IMG/VR virus record: IMGVR_UViG_3300004457_000028
Span: 1 to 64,000 of that record
DNA from: a virus
Direction: 5' to 3' (one strand)
DNA: 64,000 nucleotides
Positions 29,660-37,984 of the stretch are shown here, in pieces; within the stretch, counting starts at the first letter, position 1, and each line of letters opens with the position of its first letter. The notes beneath the pieces are model-generated. The model was not told the DNA's origin and ran no database searches. It saw nothing but the letters and a program-made list of their open reading frames with translations. Made by a program: the position numbers and the translations under genes.

Positions 29660-29676
29660 CTGCTTTATATATCAAC
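29660..29676 (-). promoter_or_regulatory. Viral promoter motif copy 3
   Basis: Exact GTTGATATATAAAGCAG. Confidence 0.8.
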
Positions 29677-29678
29677 AT

Positions 29679-30218
29679 TCAATCCTTAATCTTCGTGCCT
29701 ACTGCACTCCTACTGGGTGCTACACTCCACCCGTTCTTGCTTGCTAAGCGTCGTAAGTCCTTCACCCTTGCAGTAAGAATATCAAGTTCATCTTGAACTT
29801 TCTTCTCGGAGGATATAGCACGAGTGTTTACAGTGGCGAGTAGAGTTTTCATTCTCGCTTCATGCTCGCTCTGCTGCGCTTCAATATCAGCCTTCAGGTC
29901 TATGAACTCTTGACTGTGCTCCAATGCTGCTTTATCAGCAACCACCTTCATGGTAGCGTTGAGTGCTTTGGTGAGACGCTCTTCAATGACAGTAGCAACC
30001 GTAGCATCAAACTCCTTCAACTTCTTATCCATGCGGTCAAGTTTGTTTAGAATCTGTTTCTTACTAAGTTCGTTGTTAGCAAGGGCTGCGTGAGCATTTC
30101 TACTCCTACTGTATACATCACTGTAAAGACAATCATGACATTGGGTTTCAGTAGAGCCGTTAGATGATTTAGTGAATGTCTTACCACACTTGTTACAAGG
30201 TATTGAGTAAGCCATCAA
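29679..30218 (-). CDS. Zn-finger plus coiled-coil protein
   Basis: 'CNKC...CHDC' followed by a long heptad region. Confidence 0.6.
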   Translation of the reverse strand: MMAYSIPCNKCGKTFTKSSNGSTETQCHDCLYSDVYSRSRNAHAALANNELSKKQILNKLDRMDKKLKEFDATVATVIEERLTKALNATMKVVADKAALEHSQEFIDLKADIEAQQSEHEARMKTLLATVNTRAISSEKKVQDELDILTARVKDLRRLASKNGWSVAPSRSAVGTKIKD

Positions 30219-30505
30219 GCACCCCTCCTGTAGTCACTAACAACTGTGCGAGTGTTCGGTATAGGGGCTGGTCTTTCCATGTCAGGTGACTTACCTACAC
30301 GGTCACCACCAGCCATACGCCGACTCATCTCTTTCTTCATAGTAGTCTTTACTTCTTCACAGTCCTCGCATAGAGGTAGACTCCTTGCGAACTTGTCAGT
30401 CATCCACTTCTCATGCCATGACCCTGACTGCTTGTTACCACATAGGTATCTGATGCCATCTATGCTTGTGTGTAGCGATGTTGGTTTGTATGTTCTATCG
30501 TTCAC
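30215..30505 (-). CDS. Hypothetical Zn-binding protein
   Basis: GTG start after a GGAGGTGA SD; 'H..YLCG...LCEDC'. Confidence 0.5.
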   Translation of the reverse strand: MNDRTYKPTSLHTSIDGIRYLCGNKQSGSWHEKWMTDKFARSLPLCEDCEEVKTTMKKEMSRRMAGGDRVGKSPDMERPAPIPNTRTVVSDYRRGA

Positions 30506-30730
30506 GCCGTCACCTCCACCTTTTGACATCTCTCCCATAGGTAATCCATCGCCCAGTCTATGTCTTCAACTGTGCAAATAATGGGTCTGCCGAAAGTGTC
30601 CATGCCGTCATTGTATGTCTTGAACCAATCTTTTTCACTACCCTCAATACAGGTGTATTGCATAATGCAAATGTTCAATGCCTGTATTTTTGCTTTTGAT
30701 TTAGGGAATCTCTTCACGCCGTCACCTCCA
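30501..30730. repeat. 18-bp direct repeat (TTCACGCCGTCACCTCCA) bracketing ORF 30502-30717
   Basis: Exact copies at 30501-30518 and 30713-30730. Confidence 0.85.
30502..30717 (-). CDS. Hypothetical protein
   Basis: 71 aa, coupled on both sides through identical SD/stop-start junctions. Confidence 0.6.
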   Translation of the reverse strand: MKRFPKSKAKIQALNICIMQYTCIEGSEKDWFKTYNDGMDTFGRPIICTVEDIDWAMDYLWERCQKVEVTA

Positions 30731-31262
30731 GTTCAGGTTCAACCCACCATGTAGGAGTAGGCGACCTATCCCATCGTGGTGGCCCATTAGCGAATCGCTT
30801 AGTGTGGTAGTATAGACGGTATGCTTCAACGGCGGTATACTTGTCCTCTTCATACCACTCATCATGGTCGGGGTTGGTCTTGTCAAAGGCTCTACCAAAT
30901 GGAGTAAGGTCACCTTCGGGAATCACTTCACTCATCTCAGCCAAGTGACGAATACCTTTCTCACAGAAGTGAGTCTTACCAAACCTACGAGTATACTCTT
31001 CACACAACTCTACGGCATGACGAGAAGCCCATACATAGTTGGCTCTTGAATCACCACACCAGCGAGTGCAAGGGTGGTGGTGGTAACCTCCTTTGAGTGG
31101 AGTGCCTTTCTTGGTCAGCGGCATCATGTCAGGTGTAGCACCGTGACGAATCACTGCACTACCAAGTTGTTGTAATAATTCTACTACCATCTTAGGTGAA
31201 TGCTTGTCGCAATACATTCGTGCTGCTATGACTGGGTTATGATGTAGAATAAATATATTCAT
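30714..31262 (-). CDS. denV: Pyrimidine-dimer DNA glycosylase / endonuclease V-family protein
   Basis: 'MNIFILH..P..AA..YCDKH..KM..E..Q.L', 'HHPCTRW', 'EYTRRFGKTH', 'AVEAYRLYY'. Confidence 0.8.
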   Translation of the reverse strand: MNIFILHHNPVIAARMYCDKHSPKMVVELLQQLGSAVIRHGATPDMMPLTKKGTPLKGGYHHHPCTRWCGDSRANYVWASRHAVELCEEYTRRFGKTHFCEKGIRHLAEMSEVIPEGDLTPFGRAFDKTNPDHDEWYEEDKYTAVEAYRLYYHTKRFANGPPRWDRSPTPTWWVEPELEVTA

Positions 31263-31393
31263 TGTTTATCTCTCCCAACCAAAAACATTCTTGCTTCTAT
31301 AGACTTTGTAACACATGGGTCACACACCTTGTATTTACCGCAGCGCATTCCTCTGTTCTCAGCATTGTCTTCTCTACACATTTCACACTTCAT
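31259..31393 (-). CDS. 44-aa Zn-finger microprotein (not in ORF track)
   Basis: MKCEMC...VCDPC; ATGA overlaps at both ends. Confidence 0.5.
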   Translation of the reverse strand: MKCEMCREDNAENRGMRCGKYKVCDPCVTKSIEARMFLVGRDKQ

Positions 31394-31620
31394 TGTTTCA
31401 CCTTCTCTTGATATTCGGAATGAGTCTTAGGTAACTTATGTGTTCGTCTACTACACATGTTGTCCAGTAGTTCACAAACATTGGCTACTCCAGTAGTCCA
31501 ACGCTTTTCTGTTACCTTGTCATCTACCATGGCTTGCTTCAACGAAGCGAGGTCTATGTTATCACGAAGCCAAATGATGACTTCGTATTCAACATGGCTG
31601 ACTGATGCTGCTCTTTCCAT
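31390..31620 (-). CDS. Hypothetical protein
   Basis: First ORF behind promoter copy 4. Confidence 0.6.
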   Translation of the reverse strand: MERAASVSHVEYEVIIWLRDNIDLASLKQAMVDDKVTEKRWTTGVANVCELLDNMCSRRTHKLPKTHSEYQEKVKQ

Positions 31621-31636
31621 AGACTATACTATATTG

Positions 31637-31653
31637 CTGCTTTATATATCAAC
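31637..31653 (-). promoter_or_regulatory. Viral promoter motif copy 4
   Basis: Exact GTTGATATATAAAGCAG. Confidence 0.8.
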
Positions 31654-31654
31654 A

Positions 31655-31915
31655 TCAAGAATCGTCTTTCCGTTCTGCTTTCTCGGCATCAGCCTGTGCT
31701 TGTTCAAGCACTTCTACAAGTCGTGGTAACATCTCAGTGGCCTGTTCTATAGACAAGCGAACTCCGTGTCTTGTGTGTTGCTTACCGTCACGGAGGATGC
31801 GTAAATCTATCCACTGCTTACCATAGAAGTCTACAGATGCAAGGCGAACATCGCCTCTACCATCTTTCCATTTAGCCTCAAGGCTGCTTGAAGTCCACAC
31901 TGTTTTTTCTGTCAT
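31655..31915 (-). CDS. PC4/Sub1-family ssDNA-binding protein
   Basis: 'VRLASVDFYGKQWIDLR...TRHGVRLSIEQ' is the PC4 signature. Confidence 0.8.
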   Translation of the reverse strand: MTEKTVWTSSSLEAKWKDGRGDVRLASVDFYGKQWIDLRILRDGKQHTRHGVRLSIEQATEMLPRLVEVLEQAQADAEKAERKDDS

Positions 31916-31917
31916 GT

Positions 31918-32145
31918 CTATTCCTCCTCGTCTATCGGTTCGTTACCTATGTGTTGCCAGTGCCTATGCAAATCATGAGCACTCCACCTTTGATTCTCAA
32001 TAAGAGTAGAGTAGAACTCACCAGTGTCAGGGTTTTCTCGCCACCTCTTACCAAGGTAGCGTAGTTCAAAGACTCCAACAAGTGGTTCGCTAACTATCTC
32101 TGCTGCGTGAAATGTGTGAATGTTTTCCCAGTAACTACCAATCAC
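31918..32145 (-). CDS. Hypothetical protein
   Basis: Coupled ORF with SD. Confidence 0.5.
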   Translation of the reverse strand: MIGSYWENIHTFHAAEIVSEPLVGVFELRYLGKRWRENPDTGEFYSTLIENQRWSAHDLHRHWQHIGNEPIDEEE

Positions 32146-32867
32146 TCTTCTTCACCTAATGATTTGATGAAAAGTTCTGCTACAGGAACACGCTTACAGT
32201 ATGAACCCCACATCCATGGAGGAACTTTTGCTCCACTATCAGGACACTCAGACCCAACCAGCACACCGAGTTCACCAGTTTGAGCAGTGTCATACATTTG
32301 CTGACGAGTCATGGCAACCATGTAAGTATCTTCATCCGACTTGTAACGCATGAACAATGAGTCACCAGCGAGAAGATTAAAGTCGTCAGGGTTCATGACT
32401 ATGGTTGCTTCTGAGTTAGAAGAAGGCACGCTCACACCCCAGTCTTCAACAGTATGAGTTTCACCATCTTCAAGTAGCACTTCTCTTTCACCAAGATACA
32501 CAGGTTCTGCGAGTTCAAGTGGTAGAGAAGACAGAGGCTCGCCTTCTTCGTTAGTCCAAGAAGCAGCAACTGCTTGTCGCTCTTGCATCTCTTGCATGAA
32601 CGCTTCTTCTGCTGATAAAGCAGCACTGGTAACCATAGGCTTGTCGTCAATCATGTCAATGTTCACCGATGCAAACAACCCAGCGATACGCTCGTGATGG
32701 TTCGTTGAATCAGGATGGTCTACTCGGTGTTCAAGTTCAAGCGTCTGCTCGTCTATCTTACGGTATCGGCATCCAGTTCCTTCAGGTCGCCACACGGCCT
32801 TCTCAGCCATTTGGTTAAAGTGTTCAAGCGCCCATACTTTCAATTCAGGTTCGTATTCTTCAGTCAT
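32142..32867 (-). CDS. Hypothetical acidic protein
   Basis: 241-aa coupled ORF. Confidence 0.65.
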   Translation of the reverse strand: MTEEYEPELKVWALEHFNQMAEKAVWRPEGTGCRYRKIDEQTLELEHRVDHPDSTNHHERIAGLFASVNIDMIDDKPMVTSAALSAEEAFMQEMQERQAVAASWTNEEGEPLSSLPLELAEPVYLGEREVLLEDGETHTVEDWGVSVPSSNSEATIVMNPDDFNLLAGDSLFMRYKSDEDTYMVAMTRQQMYDTAQTGELGVLVGSECPDSGAKVPPWMWGSYCKRVPVAELFIKSLGEEE

Positions 32868-32871
32868 AATT

Positions 32872-33195
32872 TCACATCCATATATCCAAGTTTATCTTTT
32901 GGTTTTGATAGAGGAGTAGTTTGTCGCAGCAGCGCACCACCAAGTAATGATGCTTCTCCATGATGATAACCATACCTTGCTCAAGTTCTCCATCGCACGA
33001 GGGGCATACTTCGTAGATTCCCTCCGACGATAGTATGACACCCAGCACCCACTCCTCACCCCTCCCATCGGGGAGTTGTAATTGAACATGTCGGAGGTCA
33101 CAGGTGTGACCATCGGGTAGTTCCCACATACCATCAGCAGTGATGGAGGATGCAGTCAGTGATGCGTGTCTATACTTGTCCTCTTCTACCATCAC
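32872..33195 (-). CDS. Hypothetical Zn-binding protein
   Basis: 'CPSC...RCC'. Confidence 0.55.
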   Translation of the reverse strand: MMVEEDKYRHASLTASSITADGMWELPDGHTCDLRHVQLQLPDGRGEEWVLGVILSSEGIYEVCPSCDGELEQGMVIIMEKHHYLVVRCCDKLLLYQNQKINLDIWM

Positions 33196-34742
33196 TCGTC
33201 ACCCTCTGTCTTTGGAGGGGCTTGTTTAACAGTGTATGATGGAGCAATCTCAAAGTTGCTCCTGTGTTCAGCGAGAACAGCAGGTGCTCCTTGTCGCCAC
33301 ATAGCAACGACCTCTTGAGGAGTCAAGTAATCATCAGGGTCAATACGACCATGCATGACCATGTTGATAGTCAAAGAGCGAATGCTCCACTCACCGTTCT
33401 CGGTCTTCTCAAGACCATCGTGGGTTCGGTCAGAGTAGTGTCCACCGTTGTCAAGATGGGCTTGACTGACCGCAGCCATGAACTCAATACACTGTTGCTT
33501 GGTAGAGAAGCGGAGCGTGTTCAAAACACCACTCGCACTCCAGTCGGATGGCTCTTTACGACCACATAGATAGTCCTTGATTTCTTCAATTGGTCGCCAT
33601 ACGAAGTCAGCAATCTCGTGACCAAAGGACTTACGAGAGCGAACTTTGGTGTATGCCCAACCGTTCTCAGTGTCACCTGCTTTACGGTTCTTACTGCTGG
33701 TGTTCTTGACATAGGCACTCATCTCAGCGAGCCAGCCCCAGTCAGACCAAGAGTGTAGAGAGTTCTTACCACGACCCTCCTTAGACACGATGTTGTCTTC
33801 ACGCTTCATCATACGAGCCAAAGACTCACGAATAGACTTGACGACATCTACTTCGGGGATGCTCTGAGACATACCACGACGCATCTCATCCCATGCTACC
33901 ACTTGAGCAGGTTTGAAATCGCTGATACTCCACTGATGATGGTTACCGCCACTGTGAGTTGGTTGTCTACGCCAAGCGGTGTAGAAGTTAGTGTCCCCCT
34001 CATCAGTAGACCGTCTAATCATTGACCAAATATGAGAGGTAGGTCTGTCGTGATGTCGGCAGGTCTTGGTAGAGTCATCAGCCCACTTACAGTCACCGTA
34101 AGTGTGTTTTGTGTTCTTGAGTATGCTGGAGGTATGGTTACCAGCAAGTTCCGTGTTCACACCGAATACTTTCTGTAAAAGTGCTACAAGGTCAGCGAAG
34201 AATGAATCTTGCATGAGTGTCAGGTAAGTGATTGCGACCGTCTCGCTCAAACGAATGGGGCAATACTTAGCAGTCAGCGCAGCGCATTCCTGTTCAGTGA
34301 TGGTTTCAGCCCCTTGTAGTCCTGCAAACCAATTTGAGAGTGTAGACGAACCGTAGCCAGTCTTGAAGACGATATGGTTGCTACTATTGAGCACTGGCAT
34401 ACCGATGGTGTGGTTGTAAGCAGCCACTTCATCATGACCACATGAGGGAGTAGATGGAGTAGGAACTTCGCCCCAACCAACTTTACCAGTCATCATAACA
34501 GCAGCAGCACGAGTGTAGGTATTCACCATGTCAGCCCACTTGAGAGGCTGGTTTGGCCCAGCCTTCATGAGAGTGTAGGCAACTGCTGCATCCATAGGCC
34601 AGCACTTACCAATAGCCCTCTTCGTTCTACCAACAGCGTGGTCTACGATAATCGCTTCTTCGCTGAAGTCTACCGAGTCCTCCACGATACCTGCTTTCTC
34701 AAATGTGCTCCATGTCTGCCATCCTTTCCATTCTCCACTCAT
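33192..34742 (-). CDS. Hypothetical protein (516 aa)
   Basis: Long coupled ORF; no motif recognised. Confidence 0.7.
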   Translation of the reverse strand: MSGEWKGWQTWSTFEKAGIVEDSVDFSEEAIIVDHAVGRTKRAIGKCWPMDAAVAYTLMKAGPNQPLKWADMVNTYTRAAAVMMTGKVGWGEVPTPSTPSCGHDEVAAYNHTIGMPVLNSSNHIVFKTGYGSSTLSNWFAGLQGAETITEQECAALTAKYCPIRLSETVAITYLTLMQDSFFADLVALLQKVFGVNTELAGNHTSSILKNTKHTYGDCKWADDSTKTCRHHDRPTSHIWSMIRRSTDEGDTNFYTAWRRQPTHSGGNHHQWSISDFKPAQVVAWDEMRRGMSQSIPEVDVVKSIRESLARMMKREDNIVSKEGRGKNSLHSWSDWGWLAEMSAYVKNTSSKNRKAGDTENGWAYTKVRSRKSFGHEIADFVWRPIEEIKDYLCGRKEPSDWSASGVLNTLRFSTKQQCIEFMAAVSQAHLDNGGHYSDRTHDGLEKTENGEWSIRSLTINMVMHGRIDPDDYLTPQEVVAMWRQGAPAVLAEHRSNFEIAPSYTVKQAPPKTEGDE

Positions 34743-35320
34743 ATAATCATCTCCTGTATTTTGTTGCTCTGTTGTATTGGTTTGTTCTTCTTCGCTTGTG
34801 AAATCTGTTTGATGTCCTTACACCCTTTTTGGAGGACTTCAGTGACCTCCATGATGGGGCTGAAGTCGCCTTTAGCCATGTAGTTGTTACCATCCATGAT
34901 GTAAAACACAGTGAAAGAATCCACAAACTGTGACTTGACATTCATCTTGACAACATCCCAGTTCTTGCGCTTACTGTCAATTGCATCCATCTCTGATAGC
35001 ATGTCGGCAAAGCCTGAGTATTGTGATGGGTCACCCCATGTAATACTGAGTGACTCAGTGCCGTCAAGGAGGAATGTCCTGTTACCTACAGGGCCACTTC
35101 GTTGTTCTTGAAGCATGAATATCACACCAGTTGGGTTGTGTTTGTAACCAATGAAGTCAGTCACACCTCTACTACTGTTGAATGTGTAGTAGCAAGTGCC
35201 ACCACGCCAACTACGCATAGTGCCGTAGGCACTGAACTCCTTCGTTATCTGCTCGTTAGTCATCTCTTTAGGCACTGTAGTGTTACTACGGCCAATTATC
35301 TCCACATCGTTATCTGTCAT
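34739..35320 (-). CDS. Hypothetical protein
   Basis: First ORF behind promoter copy 5. Confidence 0.65.
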   Translation of the reverse strand: MTDNDVEIIGRSNTTVPKEMTNEQITKEFSAYGTMRSWRGGTCYYTFNSSRGVTDFIGYKHNPTGVIFMLQEQRSGPVGNRTFLLDGTESLSITWGDPSQYSGFADMLSEMDAIDSKRKNWDVVKMNVKSQFVDSFTVFYIMDGNNYMAKGDFSPIMEVTEVLQKGCKDIKQISQAKKNKPIQQSNKIQEMII

Positions 35321-35353
35321 CTGTTTCTCTCCTTCTTGCTTCTTACTATATTG

Positions 35354-35370
35354 CTGCTTTATATATCAAC
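35354..35370 (-). promoter_or_regulatory. Viral promoter motif copy 5
   Basis: Exact GTTGATATATAAAGCAG. Confidence 0.8.
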
Positions 35371-35380
35371 TATCCTCAGT

Positions 35381-35647
35381 TCATCGGTTCTCATTGTAAT
35401 CTCGCATGAGGTCATCCATGTCATGCATAGATTCCATGCACTGCTTGCACCATGCGTCTCCGTTTGGTGCATCGTAAGTCTGTTCGCAGTGCTTCTCGCA
35501 TCCGTCACATTTCGGACACTCTTGACAAGCACCCTCGTTCTCGTTATCATACGGCATCTCGCAACACTCGCATTCTTTGAACCCGTATGTGTCATACACA
35601 TACTGTAGTTTCTCTTTGAGTAGTTTCAGTTCCTTGCTTTCGCTCAT
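35381..35647 (-). CDS. Cys-rich Zn-finger protein
   Basis: Four CxxC pairs in 88 aa; GGTGA SD. Confidence 0.6.
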   Translation of the reverse strand: MSESKELKLLKEKLQYVYDTYGFKECECCEMPYDNENEGACQECPKCDGCEKHCEQTYDAPNGDAWCKQCMESMHDMDDLMRDYNENR

Positions 35648-35679
35648 GGTATCACCTTCGTATAGAGACTATCATGCTT

Positions 35680-36303
35680 TCAAGCGAGGGTCACATCGTC
35701 TCCCGCTTGTGTCTCTAAGACCACTTCAAGGAATGAAGGTGGCGTTGAATCTATACCCATGCCTTGAAAGACATGCTTCACCATATCATCAAAGGAGGTC
35801 ATGTCATCAGGCGAGAGTGCGAGGGCTGGTGGTCTGAGTTCAGTCAAATCCCACTCCAGTTCTTCAGCAAGACGATTAGCCAAAGCAACATACTCAGGGG
35901 TCGTCTTGTCTTCAACCAGTGCTGGCTTAAGTCCTTTGACTTTGATGTAGGGGTTAGCAGGGTCGCTTGACATAGCCATCTCAATGCAGTTCAATGCTTC
36001 TACAGTTGTTGAGTAAGTAGTTGCTAACTCCTTGTATGCGAGTTCCCATGCAACCATATCAATGAGTGGAGTTTCATCAGCCATCTGTTGATGATACTGC
36101 ATCCATGTAAGATGTATGCTCACTGTATCTTGTGCTCGCACTGATGCATCGGATAGTGCATTCCTACGATGTGCTATGTATGAGTTAGCAGCGAGAGGGA
36201 TATGAAGACGAGACGATGTATGCTCACCGAATGCAACCTTATCAAAGGACTCGTAGAGTTCCTGTAGGTGCGCTTGCATAGAGGAGTAGATAGTCAAGTT
36301 CAT
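35680..36303 (-). CDS. Hypothetical protein
   Basis: Coupled ORF. Confidence 0.6.
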   Translation of the reverse strand: MNLTIYSSMQAHLQELYESFDKVAFGEHTSSRLHIPLAANSYIAHRRNALSDASVRAQDTVSIHLTWMQYHQQMADETPLIDMVAWELAYKELATTYSTTVEALNCIEMAMSSDPANPYIKVKGLKPALVEDKTTPEYVALANRLAEELEWDLTELRPPALALSPDDMTSFDDMVKHVFQGMGIDSTPPSFLEVVLETQAGDDVTLA

Positions 36304-36716
36304 TCCTCCTCGGTTGAGAATAGTTCTCCGCCCTCAAGCACAAGTCCTGACTTGCTCTCCTTGACGAATGAGATAAGAGTAGCCACGGCAGTTGAGTCAT
36401 CCTTGACATCAAGCATAGCACCCTTGGGGTGGTTGAGTTCTTCACCTTCAATGAGAATCTGCACCGAGCCTTCATGTTCTACATAAGACACCACAGACAT
36501 AGGAGCATAAAGAACAGAGCCACTTGCTGGGCTTGCCAGTGTAGGTTCTTGTTCCGCCAACCAATCAGTCAGTGCTGGTGGTGCTCGTAGTTCAATAGCG
36601 ATACCATACTTACGATTCACTGTAGGGTCACCTACACCTTGAATGTGTATTCGGTTAGTATCAAACTGTGTTCTCACTTGTAGTCTTGTCTCTCCATGTT
36701 CTGTCATCTGTTTCAT
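36300..36716 (-). CDS. Hypothetical protein
   Basis: First ORF behind promoter copy 6. Confidence 0.6.
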   Translation of the reverse strand: MKQMTEHGETRLQVRTQFDTNRIHIQGVGDPTVNRKYGIAIELRAPPALTDWLAEQEPTLASPASGSVLYAPMSVVSYVEHEGSVQILIEGEELNHPKGAMLDVKDDSTAVATLISFVKESKSGLVLEGGELFSTEEE

Positions 36717-36740
36717 CTCCTGTTGTTTGTTTACTTATTG

Positions 36741-36757
36741 CTGCTTTATATATCAAC
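36741..36757 (-). promoter_or_regulatory. Viral promoter motif copy 6
   Basis: Exact GTTGATATATAAAGCAG. Confidence 0.8.
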
Positions 36758-36766
36758 TGTTCATCT

Positions 36767-37984
36767 TCACGCCCAGTCATCCAAGTTCATACCATACTTA
36801 CCATCGCCCTTCTTGGCGGGGTAGTGCTCGGCCTTGTCCTTGGGTTGCTTACCCTTGCCCTTCTTCTTGTCAGCCTTCTTCTTCTTGGCCGCTTCTTGCT
36901 TGAGTCTCTTAAGTCGTGTAACCTCATGGGATGTCCATGAGTCTGTGTCAATGAACTCAGGTAGGTAGAACCCTCTGTCCCCTTTAGACTGCACGAACCC
37001 ATCACGAGTCTTGATACCAGCCTCTTCAGCGGCACAGATAATACAGTGTCCATCCTTGTGCATACCGAAGTGTGATACAGTGTTGTCACACTTAGGACAA
37101 ATGCCTGACATGTCATACAGACCATCAGTAGCATTAGCCATCTCAGGTGCTCCGCACTCGTCGCAACACTCAAGGTTAGCATCATCAATGTGTGACCACT
37201 GTGAATGATTGCATACCTCACAAGCATAGAGTCTCCATGTGGAGGGGAAACCATCGCCGTCATCTCCATCCTCTATCAAGCCTTCATCCATCCAGTAGTC
37301 AGCCTTGGGTTGCTTACCCTTGCCCTTACCCTTGCCCTTGCCCTTGCCCTTACCCTTGTTGGTTGGATAGTCAGAGGTGTCTGTGAATGTGAAGTTGCTC
37401 TTGGCCTTAGCGATGCTCTTGAACAATGACTCACCTTCGGGTATCTGTAAGACCTCAGCGATGTAAGTCTGTTGTGACTTACCTTCTACTGCATGGTGAC
37501 AGTAGATGCTACGAACATACTCAGTTAGAGTAGCAGCGTCGGGTTGCTTGAGACACTCAGCATCACCCATAAGGTAACCAAGAATACACAACTGCACACC
37601 AGTTCTACCATGACCACCTACACACTGAGTGGAGACTGTCTTGATACCAAGTCGCTTGATGTCATCAACAAGAGCAAGCCAAAACTCACGACCCACATCT
37701 TGAGGGATAGAGAAGTCAGGCCAGTCAATGCTAATTATCTGAGCAGTGTGCCAACCTATATATTCTTGACAAGTAAACCCATCAGGCACTACAGTGGACT
37801 GACTGTTTCTATCCATCACTTGTGCTGGGCCAAGAGCGAGGTCAGGCAGTGGTGACATACGATGCCACCCACCGTTGCGGCTATGACCACCAGCGTGTAT
37901 TGCTACACCATCAATCGTAAACACAACTGGGTTACCAGTGTGACATCCAGCCTTACTTCCATATCCTTGCATCCAATCATTCAT
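36767..37984 (-). CDS. CX5R (PTP/dual-specificity) phosphatase with GK repeat and C-terminal Zn fingers
   Basis: WPD loop 'DWPDF', P-loop 'QCVGGHGRTG', Q-loop 'VEGKSQ'; KG dipeptide run and four CxxC pairs. Confidence 0.85.
   Translation of the reverse strand: MNDWMQGYGSKAGCHTGNPVVFTIDGVAIHAGGHSRNGGWHRMSPLPDLALGPAQVMDRNSQSTVVPDGFTCQEYIGWHTAQIISIDWPDFSIPQDVGREFWLALVDDIKRLGIKTVSTQCVGGHGRTGVQLCILGYLMGDAECLKQPDAATLTEYVRSIYCHHAVEGKSQQTYIAEVLQIPEGESLFKSIAKAKSNFTFTDTSDYPTNKGKGKGKGKGKGKGKQPKADYWMDEGLIEDGDDGDGFPSTWRLYACEVCNHSQWSHIDDANLECCDECGAPEMANATDGLYDMSGICPKCDNTVSHFGMHKDGHCIICAAEEAGIKTRDGFVQSKGDRGFYLPEFIDTDSWTSHEVTRLKRLKQEAAKKKKADKKKGKGKQPKDKAEHYPAKKGDGKYGMNLDDWA

Noticed and set aside
29643-29678. 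ORF-track N-terminal extensions (MLIYKAA.. here, MIYEAA.. at 47553)
   Set aside because: They translate the promoter motif itself; downstream ATGs are the more plausible starts.
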